This document shows, one piece after another, positions 46,771-56,179 of a stretch of 64,000 bases of DNA (its first letter is position 1; the number at the start of each line of letters is the position of its first letter). The notes beneath the pieces are model-generated. The model searched no databases. It was given only the letters and a program-made list of their open reading frames with translations, and was not told the DNA's origin. The stretch spans positions 256,001 to 320,000 of the forward strand of contig JAVJQW010000011.1 of assembly GCA_040218735.1 (NCBI GenBank), read 5' to 3'. The position numbers and the translations under genes are program-made. This stretch comes from Deltaproteobacteria bacterium. Lineage in GTDB: Bacteria; Myxococcota; Kuafuiibacteriia; Kuafuiibacteriales; Kuafuiibacteriaceae.

Positions 46771-47174
46771 CGGCCCACCTCCAACTCGGTTGCGACGCCG
46801 ACGTCGGTCGCGCCCGCGAGGCGCGCCTGGTCGACGACTTCGATCAGACGACGGGAAGCCACGCTCCCGTCCGTGACCACGAGGACGGAGTCCGACGAAC
46901 CGCTCGAGAGCATGTCGCGGACCCGGCTCTGGATCATCCAGACGCGAACGGGCTGACCGTCCATGTACGTGTTGCCGTCCTGCGCGATGAAGATGCGGAT
47001 GGCCTTGGTCGAGGCCACGGTCGCGGTGGACGCCTTCGGACGCTGGATGTCGAGGTCCATGTCCTTCACGAAGGTCGTGCTGACCATGAAGAAGATCAGC
47101 AGGATGAAGACCATGTCGATCAGCGGGGAGATGTCGATGCCCGCTTCACCTTCACGACGATGTCTGGAGCTCAC
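46767..47174 (-). CDS. exbD: Biopolymer transport protein ExbD
   Basis: IDISPLIDMVFILLIFFMVSTTF. Confidence 0.93.
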   Translation of the reverse strand: MSSRHRREGEAGIDISPLIDMVFILLIFFMVSTTFVKDMDLDIQRPKASTATVASTKAIRIFIAQDGNTYMDGQPVRVWMIQSRVRDMLSSGSSDSVLVVTDGSVASRRLIEVVDQARLAGATDVGVATELEVGR

Positions 47175-47767
47175 GCCGCCACCTCCCGACCGTCCCCGAC
47201 GAGGATGGTCTTGAGCTCGTCGAGTTGGACGAGCGCGGACGCTTCGCGCTTCGCGAGCATCCCTTCCATCACGAGCCCGGGGATCGCGACGGCGAGCCCG
47301 AACTGCGTGGTCAAGAGCGCCTGCGAGATGCCCGCCGCGATGCCGCCCGACTGCGAGTAGAGCGTCATGTCACCGAGCGACGCGAACGTCTCGATCATCC
47401 CGGACACCGTGCCGAGCAACCCGAGCAGCGGAGCGACCGCGACGACCGCCCGCACCACGACGCGGTAACGCGACAGCTCGCGCTCCAGCGGCACGAAACA
47501 CGTCGTGAGCTCACGCCGCACGTCCGCGACCGTCGAGCTCACGATGCGCACGCCCTCGACCGCCGCCTGCTCGACGACGCTGCCGGGGATCAAACGCCCC
47601 TCCCGCGCCATGTGCACGAGCACGCGCGGTGAGTGACCGCGACCGCGACGCGTAGCCGAGGCGCGGTAACCGAGCCCGAACCAGAGCAGCACGGTACCCG
47701 CGATCAGCGGGGGCATGACGTAGCCGCCCATGGCGACGTACTCGAGGAGCTTGTCCACGATGCCCAC
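47171..47767 (-). CDS. exbB: MotA/TolQ/ExbB proton channel protein
   Basis: APLLGLLGTVSGMIETF, GGIAAGISQALLTTQFGLAVAIPG. Confidence 0.9.
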   Translation of the reverse strand: MGIVDKLLEYVAMGGYVMPPLIAGTVLLWFGLGYRASATRRGRGHSPRVLVHMAREGRLIPGSVVEQAAVEGVRIVSSTVADVRRELTTCFVPLERELSRYRVVVRAVVAVAPLLGLLGTVSGMIETFASLGDMTLYSQSGGIAAGISQALLTTQFGLAVAIPGLVMEGMLAKREASALVQLDELKTILVGDGREVAA

Positions 47768-47773
47768 GGCGCT

Positions 47774-49111
47774 TTAGTCCTTCTGCGTCCCTTCGAAGCG
47801 GTTGACGATCGACAGCGCGACGCGCTCGACCTCACCTTCGATTCGCTCGCCCCACCCCTTCAGGAGGTTGCCGAGGAGCAGCGTGGGGATGGCGACGATC
47901 AGGCCGAGCTCGGTCGTCACCAGCGCGGTCGAGATGCCGCCGGAGAGCATCTTCGGATCGCCGGTGCCGAACTTCGTGATGACGTCGAACGTCGAGATCA
48001 TGCCGGTGACGGTGCCGAGCAGCCCGAGCAGCGGCGACACCGCGGCGATCACGAGGATGACCGTCGCGAAGCGGTTGATGCGACGGTTCTCCGCGAGGAG
48101 GTGCTCCTCGACGAGCTCGTCGAGGCGCTTCGTCCCGCGCTGCAATCCCGCGAGGACGCCGTGCGCGACACGCGCTGCGGAGCCGGCGGTCGCCTTCGCA
48201 AACGCCGTCGCTTCCTCGAGCCGCCCCTCGTCGACGAGGCCACCGACGCGCTCCTCGACGGACTGCGAGGCGGCGCCGGAACGCAGGAGCAAGAGCCCTC
48301 GGAGGAGCACGAGCAACAGCCCGAACGCGCCGAGGCCGACGATCACCCAGGCGATCGCGCCGCCGCTGTCGACGTGCTCGTAGATCGTCTGGCCTTCGTC
48401 TTCGCTGACCTCCCCGTCGAGCGACTCGAACAGGAACAGCGGGAGCGCGGCGGGGCGCTCCCCGCCCGCGACCGCGCGGGCCGCGGCCTCACCCTGGTTC
48501 TGCCAGATCTTCAGCTTGCCGGCGCCGGCCGGCGCGAGGACACCCGCGCCGCGATCGCTCACGCCGTAGGCGGCGATGCGGCCGAGGCGCACGATCGATC
48601 CCTCGACCTTCGTCCCGTCCGCGAGGAAGAACGAGTCGCGTGCGCGCTGCACGCTCGAGAGTCGGTCGAGCAGATCGACCGCAGCGCCGAAGTTGGCGTC
48701 GAGCTTCGCCGCATCGGGCGCGCCCTTCTCGACCTCCGCGGTCACTGCGTAGTCGAGCAATGTCGTCGAGGACTGCTCCAGCGTCGCCGAGACGATCGTC
48801 CCCTCGTCGACGGTGCTCTGCGCGGAGGTCTCGGCCTCCAGCGCGGCGTCGTGCGCGGCGCGGAGGCGCTCCTCCTGTCCGAGGAGCTGCGCTTCGAGCT
48901 TCGCGATCGCGTCGGCCGCTTCGCGCTGCTCGCGCTCGGCGCGCTGCTTCGACTCGGCCATGCGCTTCTCGAGCTCGCGCTTCTGGCCGGCGAGGAACGC
49001 AAACTCCTTCTTGTAGGCCGCGTCGATCGAGATCGTCGCGGGTGCGGGTTTGTCGGTCGTGCCGCTCGGCTGCGTGAGCAGGAGCAGCGCGGTCATCGTG
49101 GCGAGGCTCAT
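47774..49111 (-). CDS. Long ExbB-family protein with periplasmic coiled coil (TtpC-like)
   Basis: Signal, coiled coil, VRLG, then SPLLGLLGTVTGMISTF...GTGDPKMLSGGISTALVTTELGL. Confidence 0.88.
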   Translation of the reverse strand: MSLATMTALLLLTQPSGTTDKPAPATISIDAAYKKEFAFLAGQKRELEKRMAESKQRAEREQREAADAIAKLEAQLLGQEERLRAAHDAALEAETSAQSTVDEGTIVSATLEQSSTTLLDYAVTAEVEKGAPDAAKLDANFGAAVDLLDRLSSVQRARDSFFLADGTKVEGSIVRLGRIAAYGVSDRGAGVLAPAGAGKLKIWQNQGEAAARAVAGGERPAALPLFLFESLDGEVSEDEGQTIYEHVDSGGAIAWVIVGLGAFGLLLVLLRGLLLLRSGAASQSVEERVGGLVDEGRLEEATAFAKATAGSAARVAHGVLAGLQRGTKRLDELVEEHLLAENRRINRFATVILVIAAVSPLLGLLGTVTGMISTFDVITKFGTGDPKMLSGGISTALVTTELGLIVAIPTLLLGNLLKGWGERIEGEVERVALSIVNRFEGTQKD

Positions 49112-49881
49112 CGAACACCTCCGGAGATGGCGTACGGCACGACGAAGTAGCCGGTGCGCACCTGCTTCTCGAACGCATCGAACAGCGCCTGAACCTTCTT
49201 CGCGTCCTCGCCGTCGATCGCGGTGTACTGCCAGGCGTCGCCCTTCTTCTCTGCGAAGCCGACGCGGCCGTCGTTCGTCGAGAAGAACAGCATCACCATC
49301 CCGAGGCGGACGACGTCGGCGAGCTGCTCCTTGCCGTCGATCTCGATGACCTGCGAGAACTGTCCGTTCTCACGCGCGAGGCGGAGCTCGTCCTCGACGT
49401 AGGTCCACAGCTGATTCATCGCGCGCGGCGCGGACAGCTCACCCTTCTCGAGTTTCTTGCCGATCCCCTGCAGCTCACTGAGGCGGTCGTCGCGTTTGAA
49501 CGGGAGCGAGCCCTCGACGTGCTGCGTGAGCCGGTTGATCGTGCTGCGGACGACCGGGCTGAGCGCGGTCGCCTGCGACGACGCGCGCGCCTTCTCTTCA
49601 CGCGAACGGTCGGTCGCCTGCCGGAGCTTCTTGATCTCGAGCTCCTTGCGTTGGACTTCGCTCTCGAGCTCCAGGCGTCGCTGCGCGTACGAGCGCATCG
49701 CGTCCTTGTGCTGGCGTTTGTCGGCCTCGAAGGCGTCGTGGAGGCTCTCGACCTCGCCGCGGAGACGAATGAGCTCCTTGGCCAGGTTGGAGAGGTCCTC
49801 CTCCGCGAGACCGCGGACGGCGAGGAGCTGAACGCCCACCACCACCGCTAGTCCGCCAATCCAGTGCGTGCGCGTCTTCAT
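49108..49881 (-). CDS. DUF3450-family (TtpB-like) exported protein
   Basis: Signal peptide, coiled coil, LPFKRDDRL, VRLGMVMLFF; sits before the TtpC-like gene as in TonB2/3 operons. Confidence 0.82.
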   Translation of the reverse strand: MKTRTHWIGGLAVVVGVQLLAVRGLAEEDLSNLAKELIRLRGEVESLHDAFEADKRQHKDAMRSYAQRRLELESEVQRKELEIKKLRQATDRSREEKARASSQATALSPVVRSTINRLTQHVEGSLPFKRDDRLSELQGIGKKLEKGELSAPRAMNQLWTYVEDELRLARENGQFSQVIEIDGKEQLADVVRLGMVMLFFSTNDGRVGFAEKKGDAWQYTAIDGEDAKKVQALFDAFEKQVRTGYFVVPYAISGGVR

Positions 49882-49966
49882 ATCGTGGTCCTTCGTCGAA
49901 AAACGGCGAAAGGGCCGAGACACCCGCTTCGATGCCTCGGCCCCCGAACTCATCGGATGCCGGCGA

Positions 49967-51490
49967 TTACTCCTCGACGTCGTCGTCGTCGATCAGCGGC
50001 CCACCGGTGCAGTTGAACACCGAGTCGTAGTGGGCGAGCGCCGAGGGAACGACGTCGTCGATGTCGAGGCAGCCGCTCTCGAAGCCGCCGCCGCCGAGCA
50101 TGTCGTCGGTGAACACCGAGCGGTACACCTTCCCGCGCCAACCTTCGCGGTGAAGGATCGCGCTGGTGTTGCCGTCTTCACGCCCCGGGTTGCCGAGGAT
50201 CGTGACGTTCGCGAGGTTCGGCGCCGTGTAGGGCTGCGCGTCGAAGTTGCTGCCGTTGCCGTCCGACTCGATGCCACGGTCGCCGTTGTCCGAACCCATG
50301 CGGACGATGACGAACTGGACGTTGCCGCTGAAGCCCTCGTCCATGTCGAGCGCGTCGTCATCGACGCCGTTGCAGATCAGGTAGCTGACGTCGACCGCGC
50401 CACCGAACCACTCGACACAGTCGTCCTCCGAACCGATGACCTGGATGTACTCGAGCGTCGTGCCGGAGCCGACGGCCTCGAGCGTGAGGCCCTGGACCTC
50501 TTCGTCCGGACGGAACTCGTAACCCGACTCGGCGATGACCATGTAACGGACGGTGCCGCTGGTGTCGCCGTCCGACATCCCGCCGAACCAACGCTCCGCA
50601 TCCGGCGGCGCCGCCTCGGTGGTCAGCTCGCCGTTGGTGTCGCCCGAGTTCTCGCGCGCCATACCCGAGAGGACGAGTCCGCCCCAGACGCCGCGGTCGA
50701 GGAGGTTCGTGGGGTCACCCGTGATGTTGTTCGAGCCGTCGACCGCCACCGCGGAGAGGATGATCGGAAGGTCCGAGGTGCCGTTGGCCGCGATGCGCGA
50801 GCCGCGGGTGATGACGAGCGAGGAGGCCTGCCCCTCGGCCGCGAAGATCTGCACGCCGGCGTCGATGGTCAGCGTCGCGCTGCTGCTCGGCGAGCCGCCC
50901 GAGAGCTGCATCATGCCGGTGCCCACGCTGATCGTGCCCGCGAGGACGTAGACGTGGGTGTTCGGGAGCGTCGTGTCCGCGGTGATGTCCTGCGAGAGGA
51001 CACAGACCGGGAAGGACGCGCCGAAGATCATCACCGTGCCGCCGTCGCCGAAGTCGGCGTTGACCGTCGCGCAGTCGTTCGTGCCGGCCGGCGTGATGGT
51101 GCCGCCGGTGATCTCGGCCTCGAGCGGGTGGAAGTTGTCACCGGGGAGCGTGCCGTCGGCGCCGCTGTTGATGTAGGTCCAACCCTGCCACCACCCCATG
51201 GCCGCGGCCGGGTCGACCGCGCCGTAGTAGTCGGCCGCAGCGAACGCGCCCGGGAGCGCCTGGGTGGGGGCACCGATGGAGGCACCCGAGACATCGATGG
51301 CGAGGGTCTGCGAAACGCTGAGGCCCGCGCCGTCGGAGTAGTTGACCTGGCCCGATTCGACGGCCTGCGCCTGCAGGCTCATCCCAGGCGGGGTCACCGT
51401 GGTGTCGTCTCCGTCGTCATCGCCCGAGCAGGCGACCAGACCGGAGGTCAGGAGGATGGTTGTGAGCGAGAGGAGTTTGAAGTTTTTCAT
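49967..51490 (-). CDS. Acidic beta-helix-type lipoprotein of the TBDR-associated family (ElpS-like), apparently permuted
   Basis: GLVAC lipobox; LTIDAGV, LVITRGSRI.ANGT...PII, WGGLVLSG, DTSGTVRY, GLTLEAVGSGT.LEYIQV, DDCVEWFGG, DDALDMDEG, DRGIESD. Confidence 0.82.
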   Translation of the reverse strand: MKNFKLLSLTTILLTSGLVACSGDDDGDDTTVTPPGMSLQAQAVESGQVNYSDGAGLSVSQTLAIDVSGASIGAPTQALPGAFAAADYYGAVDPAAAMGWWQGWTYINSGADGTLPGDNFHPLEAEITGGTITPAGTNDCATVNADFGDGGTVMIFGASFPVCVLSQDITADTTLPNTHVYVLAGTISVGTGMMQLSGGSPSSSATLTIDAGVQIFAAEGQASSLVITRGSRIAANGTSDLPIILSAVAVDGSNNITGDPTNLLDRGVWGGLVLSGMARENSGDTNGELTTEAAPPDAERWFGGMSDGDTSGTVRYMVIAESGYEFRPDEEVQGLTLEAVGSGTTLEYIQVIGSEDDCVEWFGGAVDVSYLICNGVDDDALDMDEGFSGNVQFVIVRMGSDNGDRGIESDGNGSNFDAQPYTAPNLANVTILGNPGREDGNTSAILHREGWRGKVYRSVFTDDMLGGGGFESGCLDIDDVVPSALAHYDSVFNCTGGPLIDDDDVEE

Positions 51491-51562
51491 CTTCCGGGGT
51501 CCTTCTTGGCGCCCCAGATAGCACCGAGGACGAAGACGTACCGTGAAGACGAACCAACACTC

Positions 51563-51603
51563 GTGTGACGAGCGGCGACACAAACGTGACGCCCAGGTGA
51601 CGC
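51563..51603 (-). promoter_or_regulatory. Pho-box-like direct repeat array upstream of the lipoprotein-TonB operon
   Basis: Minus strand GCGTCAC-CTGG-GCGTCAC-GTTT-GTGTCGC-CGC-TCGTCAC: four GTC(A/G)C cores spaced 11, 11 and 10 bp, ~75 nt upstream of the ATG. Confidence 0.6.
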
Positions 51604-51631
51604 AGCGCAGATATGCAGAAGTGTCGAACGG

Positions 51632-52591
51632 TTAGCGTGGGTCCTCGTGCGTGGGACCGAGCATTCGTTTCAAGAGAGTGAACACCTCGGTGTCGCTCGA
51701 CTGTGTGTTCGTGACCTTCCCGTCACGCGACACCACGACATACGAGGGGAGGACTTCCACTCCAAAGCGCTCGTCGACCCCGGCGTCCCCCGTGCTGCGA
51801 AGCTGGATCCCGGGGAGCGTGTGTTCTTCGCGAAAACGCGCGTACGCGTCGTCGTCTTCGTCGAGGCTCACCTGCACGAGCTCGAATCCGTCGCTCGACC
51901 GATCCCGATGAAACTGAACGATCCGCGGCATCGCCGCGACGCACGGAGCGCACCAGGTCGCCCAGAAGTCGACGAGCACGACCTTGCCGTCGAGGCGCGC
52001 GCGTTGCGCGGCGTCGAGCGCGTCGCCGAACGGCGGCGGATTCCCGACGAGCGCATCACGCCGCACCACCGCGCGGTACGTGTCGGCCGACTCGACGTCG
52101 GGGTACCGCTCGAGCAAGCGCTTCGCGTACTGCGCCGCCTCTTCGTGCCGCCCCTCCCCCTCCAGCTTCGCAACGACCCAGAAGTACACCTGCTCGAGAC
52201 CCGGATGCCCTTCGAAGCGCCGCAGCATCGCCTCCGCCTCCGCGATCGGATCGGAGTCGGGCCGAAACTTCAGGAGCAGCAACGCCGCGTCGAAGCGCGC
52301 GGCCGGCGTCTTCGCATCCTTTGCGGCGCGCGCCAGCATTCGGCGCGCCTCGACCGCCTCCTCGGACTGGGGCTTCAGGAGTGTGTTCGCCACCATCTGC
52401 TCCGCGAGCCGGTAGCGCACCCCGTCGTACGCGGGGTGGTCCTCGAAGCGATCCATGAACGCGCGCGACGCGGCGTCGAAGGTGTCGAGGTCGTAGTCCT
52501 CGTGCGCCGCCTCGATCTGCGCGAGGAGCGCGTCGGCGGACGGCTTCGTACACGCCACCAACAGCAACGACAGCATCAACGCCCAACGCAC
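51632..52591 (-). CDS. TlpA-like thiol-disulfide oxidoreductase lipoprotein with N-terminal helical/TPR region
   Basis: LLLVAC lipobox; GKVVLVDFWATWCAPC, VSLDED, FGVEVLPSYVVVSRDGKV. Confidence 0.88.
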   Translation of the reverse strand: MRWALMLSLLLVACTKPSADALLAQIEAAHEDYDLDTFDAASRAFMDRFEDHPAYDGVRYRLAEQMVANTLLKPQSEEAVEARRMLARAAKDAKTPAARFDAALLLLKFRPDSDPIAEAEAMLRRFEGHPGLEQVYFWVVAKLEGEGRHEEAAQYAKRLLERYPDVESADTYRAVVRRDALVGNPPPFGDALDAAQRARLDGKVVLVDFWATWCAPCVAAMPRIVQFHRDRSSDGFELVQVSLDEDDDAYARFREEHTLPGIQLRSTGDAGVDERFGVEVLPSYVVVSRDGKVTNTQSSDTEVFTLLKRMLGPTHEDPR

Positions 52592-52635
52592 GACGCGAGG
52601 GAGCCTGTTCGAACGGCGCTCGAGGGTCCAGCGTT

Positions 52636-53904
52636 TCAGGAGCGGGTGACGTCGGCGATCGCGCGCCCCAGGAGCGGCGCCGGCACGGGCTTGGTGAGGA
52701 ACGGCTGCTCGACGCGCTCCAGGAACCGACGGGCGCGCGGGGTGAATGCCCCGCCGCTGACGAAGACAAAACGGCTCGTCAGCTCCGGCCACCGCGCCTG
52801 CACGCGCTCGTAGACGAGCTCGCCGTCGATGTGCGGCATCATCAGGTCACAGAGGATCGCGTCGAACGACGCATCGAAGCCGAGGATGGAGAGCGCCTCC
52901 TCCCCGGTCTGCGCCGTGACGATCTCCATGGACGCGCCGAGCGTGCGCTCGTAGGCGCGGAGCACGAGGGGATCGTCGTCGATGACCAACACACGCATCG
53001 AAGTCGGAGCATCCTCGACGTCGACCGTCGACGGGATCGTCGGCGTCACCTGGGCCGGCAACACGAGCGCGGGGATGCGGACGCTGACGACCGTCCCTCG
53101 CCCTACGCGACTATGAACGTCGATCGATCCGCCGTGCTCCTGGACGATCTCCTTGGCGAGCGACAGCCCGAGGCCCGTCCCCTCCCCCTTCGGCTTGGTC
53201 GTGAAGAACGGATCGAAGATCTTCTCGAGCTGCTCCGGCGGGATGCCCGCCCCGTCGTCGCGGACGGAGAACACCACCTCGTCGTCGCAGGCGTAGGTAC
53301 GCACGATGATCTTCGGGTCACCCTCGGCGTCGTCGGGGATCGCGTGGGCCGCGTTGAGGAGGAGGTTCGTGAGGACCTGCGTGAGGCGCCCCGCGTCGCC
53401 GAGCAACATCGGCGTGTCCTTCAGCTCCTTCACGAGCGTCGCGCGATGGCGAACGCTGGTGTTCACCAACGAGCAAGCTGCGTTGACGACCTCGTTGGGG
53501 TGAAGCGCGCGCGCCGGCTCCGACTGCTTGCGCGAGAACAGGCCGAGGTCGCGGGCGATCGCGGTGATGCGCGAGAGCCCTTCGGAGTTCTCGGCCACGA
53601 TGGCGCGGATGTCCTCGATGACCGCGTCGATGCCGTGCGCGGCGAGGAGGTCTTCGATGTCGTCACGCACCGCGGGGTGTTCGGCGGCCAGCTCGTGCAG
53701 CGTCGCGAACAACCCTTCGAGGAGGTCGGCGTGCTCCGAGAGCACGGCCGTGTTCGCGATGACGAACGCGGCGGGGTTGTTGATCTCGTGGGCGACCCCG
53801 GCCGCAATCTTCCCGACCGCGACGAGCCGGTCGGCGTGCGCGCGCACGTCCTCGGGGGACGATTCCCTCGAGTCCGGCTCGGTATGCGCAGAGGCCACGT
53901 TCAC
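52636..53904 (-). CDS. Hybrid histidine kinase (HisKA-HATPase-REC) lacking a sensor domain
   Basis: AHEINNP, QVLTNLLLNA, DDGAGI, FDPFFTTK..GEGTGLGL; REC LVIDDD, LCDLMMP, LTKP. Start uncertain (53898-53976). Confidence 0.92.
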   Translation of the reverse strand: MNVASAHTEPDSRESSPEDVRAHADRLVAVGKIAAGVAHEINNPAAFVIANTAVLSEHADLLEGLFATLHELAAEHPAVRDDIEDLLAAHGIDAVIEDIRAIVAENSEGLSRITAIARDLGLFSRKQSEPARALHPNEVVNAACSLVNTSVRHRATLVKELKDTPMLLGDAGRLTQVLTNLLLNAAHAIPDDAEGDPKIIVRTYACDDEVVFSVRDDGAGIPPEQLEKIFDPFFTTKPKGEGTGLGLSLAKEIVQEHGGSIDVHSRVGRGTVVSVRIPALVLPAQVTPTIPSTVDVEDAPTSMRVLVIDDDPLVLRAYERTLGASMEIVTAQTGEEALSILGFDASFDAILCDLMMPHIDGELVYERVQARWPELTSRFVFVSGGAFTPRARRFLERVEQPFLTKPVPAPLLGRAIADVTRS

Positions 53905-53985
53905 GCCCACAAGGATCGGCCGTCCGCGACGGGCGCTTGAGCCGCAGGACACACTGCGGTCGTGACCTTGTTCCAAATGGGAACG

Positions 53986-55125
53986 TCAGTGCGAAGTCCG
54001 CATCTTCCCCGTCAGCACCAGCCGCGACAGCGCCAGCCCCGCCACGGCGAAGCTGGTCGCGACCAAGGGATCGTCCTCCCTCAGATCGGTGTATTCGTTC
54101 GCGAACGACCCGTCGGGGCGCTGCCGACGCAAGAGCGACGCCGCCATCCACATCGGCCAGACGATCGGGCCCTCGGCGCTATCGAGGGTTTCGTGCCCCT
54201 CGCCCCACAGCGCGTGCGACGACGACCAGACCCAGTAGTAGTAGGACGACCGCCGCTGCACCTCGCGGTTCTCGGGGTAGTCACCCGGGACGCGCTCCGG
54301 CGAGTAACGCTGGGCGAGCCACGCGTGCGCGCGCTTGCGCCGGGGGTGGATCGCGGGGACGCCGAGCTGCCGAAGCGCACGGAGGCCATCCGCCGTCATC
54401 GTGCCGTAGGATCGGGTCACCCCCGCGTCGGTGACGTGCGCCTTGTTCTGGACCTCGTTGGAGGGGGTGAAGAAGAACCCCCCGTCGCCTTCGAAGTTCT
54501 GGCAGCGCTCGACGAAGTGTCTCGCGGCGATGAGCGCGGGGTGGTCGAACGGGAGCCCGCCCAGGCGAAGCGCACCGATCGCGAACACCGTCGACGACAG
54601 ATTCGAAGACAGGAGCATGTCGCGCTCCTCGCCGTCGGGCGGGCGCGTCGGCGGACCGTGGAAGTACCCCCAGCCCCCGTAGTCGACGTCCGTGGGCTTC
54701 CACCCGTGGTCGGGCCCGAGCTGCGCGGCGAGCAGGTGTTTCACGACCTGGTCGCGGACTCGGAGGTGGCGACGGTTCGGCGGCGTGCTCAGCACGAACG
54801 TCGCCCCCGCGAGCGCGTAGACCGGGTAGCCGAGCGCCTCCGGGCGCGGCGCGCCGTCCTCCCCGATGATCGTCGCGACGAAGTCCGAGCCCTTCGCGTA
54901 GCTCGCGGCGACGGCTTCGGACGGCGGCACGAAGTAGAGCGCGCTCAGCGCCATCGGCGACAGCGACCAGCCGTCCTTGAAGTTGCCGTAGCGATCCGAG
55001 CGCCACGCGCCGTCCTCGCTCTGGCGCTTCATCAGGTACGCGCCGGCCCGCGCGAGCGCGGCGTCGATGGCCTCGACCGTCGGCGCCTGCGCGATGGCGC
55101 AGCTGAGGAGGATCGGGGAGAACAC
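53986..55125 (-). CDS. Prenyltransferase/squalene-oxidase (QW) repeat protein, probably exported
   Basis: YLMKRQSEDGAW, YGGWGY, FVERCQN...DGGFFF, RSYGTMTADG, RRQRPDGSF. No DxDD cyclase motif. Confidence 0.78.
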   Translation of the reverse strand: MFSPILLSCAIAQAPTVEAIDAALARAGAYLMKRQSEDGAWRSDRYGNFKDGWSLSPMALSALYFVPPSEAVAASYAKGSDFVATIIGEDGAPRPEALGYPVYALAGATFVLSTPPNRRHLRVRDQVVKHLLAAQLGPDHGWKPTDVDYGGWGYFHGPPTRPPDGEERDMLLSSNLSSTVFAIGALRLGGLPFDHPALIAARHFVERCQNFEGDGGFFFTPSNEVQNKAHVTDAGVTRSYGTMTADGLRALRQLGVPAIHPRRKRAHAWLAQRYSPERVPGDYPENREVQRRSSYYYWVWSSSHALWGEGHETLDSAEGPIVWPMWMAASLLRRQRPDGSFANEYTDLREDDPLVATSFAVAGLALSRLVLTGKMRTSH

Positions 55126-55176
55126 GACAGGGATTGTCGCGGGTCGCCCCTCCAAATGCTATCTTCACGCCCCCGC

Positions 55177-56121
55177 ATGACGAGCCCCACCGACCGTCGC
55201 GTCCTCCTCGCGCGCCTCGAAAAAGCGGCCCACGTCCCTCCGCTCGAGGCGGCGGACTCGGATTCGACGCTGCTCGACAAGCTCCTCTACCCCCACCTCG
55301 TCGAGTGCCACCTGCAAGCCGCGCGACCCTGGCCCGAGGACACCGTCGAGTTGGTGCACGACGTCCGCGTCGCCAGCCGCCGGCTCGTCGAAGCGCTCGC
55401 CCTCGCGGCACCCATGCTCGACAAACGCCGCGTCCGAAAAGCGCAGGCGTTCGCCAAGGGCCTCCGCCAGGCGCTCGGCGCGGGGCGCGAAGCCGACGTG
55501 ATGCGCGCGGATCTGGAGCGTCTCCTCGAGACCGTCGGCCTGGAACGGCCCGCCGTCGAAGCCCACACCATCGCGGGCGAGGATCCGCTGGAGCGCGTCA
55601 AGAAGGCGTACCCGCCCGAGCTCCTCCTTCGGCGCGGCGTCGACGTGATGAGGATGGCCGCCGCACCCAAGGTGACGGGCGTGACCGCGGGCCGCATCGC
55701 CGGCCCGCACTTGCTCGCGCGAGCCGAGGCGACGGAGCCGCTGATCGACTCGGTGTTGGATCCGGACCGCCTCGAAGATCAGCACCGGCTGCGCATTCGT
55801 TTCAAAAGACTCCGCTACACGGTGGAGATGATCGCGCCCGCGTTCGGCGACGTCATCGACAAGAAGGCCACGGTCAAGACGCTCAAGGCGCTGCAGGACG
55901 CGCTCGGCGATCTCAACGACATGAAGGACCTCCTCGACTGGCTCCGCTCCCGCGCCGCACGCGACGAGCTCGGCGCCGCGCGCGCCGCGGTGTTGGAAGC
56001 CGCGCGTGTGGAGCTCGACCGGCGGCAGGCGCACGCGCAGGAGCTCGTGCTCACCGCCGCGCCGCCGCTCGTCCGCGATCTCGACCGCGCGGCGGGGGTG
56101 ATCGGCCCGCTGGTGTTCTAA
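55177..56121 (+). CDS. CHAD-domain protein (polyphosphate-binding family)
   Basis: VHDVRVASRRL, LGAGREADV, HRLRIRFKRLRYTVE, LKALQDALGDLND. Confidence 0.9.
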   Translation: MTSPTDRRVLLARLEKAAHVPPLEAADSDSTLLDKLLYPHLVECHLQAARPWPEDTVELVHDVRVASRRLVEALALAAPMLDKRRVRKAQAFAKGLRQALGAGREADVMRADLERLLETVGLERPAVEAHTIAGEDPLERVKKAYPPELLLRRGVDVMRMAAAPKVTGVTAGRIAGPHLLARAEATEPLIDSVLDPDRLEDQHRLRIRFKRLRYTVEMIAPAFGDVIDKKATVKTLKALQDALGDLNDMKDLLDWLRSRAARDELGAARAAVLEAARVELDRRQAHAQELVLTAAPPLVRDLDRAAGVIGPLVF

Positions 56122-56129
56122 GCGCGAGA

Positions 56130-56173
56130 ATCGCACGGAATGTCCGAAGCGCCGCCGCGGGCTCGCCTAACCT
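56130..56173 (+). promoter_or_regulatory. Marbox-like site plus -10 element of a leaderless promoter
   Basis: ATCGCACGGAATGTCCGAAG fits AYnGCACnnWnnRYY; TAACCT lies 18 bp downstream and 6 nt before the ATG at 56180. Confidence 0.5.
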
Positions 56174-56179
56174 CGGGTC

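Noticed and set aside
53986-55125. Possible squalene-hopene or terpene cyclase biosynthetic cluster
   Set aside because: Single domain, no DxDD motif and no hopanoid or terpene genes nearby.
53962-55176. N-terminal ~400 aa of the 719-aa ORF, suggesting a large CHAD fusion
   Set aside because: This part is antisense to the QW-repeat gene; the real CHAD start is probably the ATG at 55177, after a TGcTATCTT extended -10-like element.
55177-56121. CHAD gene as part of the Pho-regulated region
   Set aside because: It is 3.6 kb from the TonB operon, on the opposite strand, and has no visible Pho-box-like repeat.
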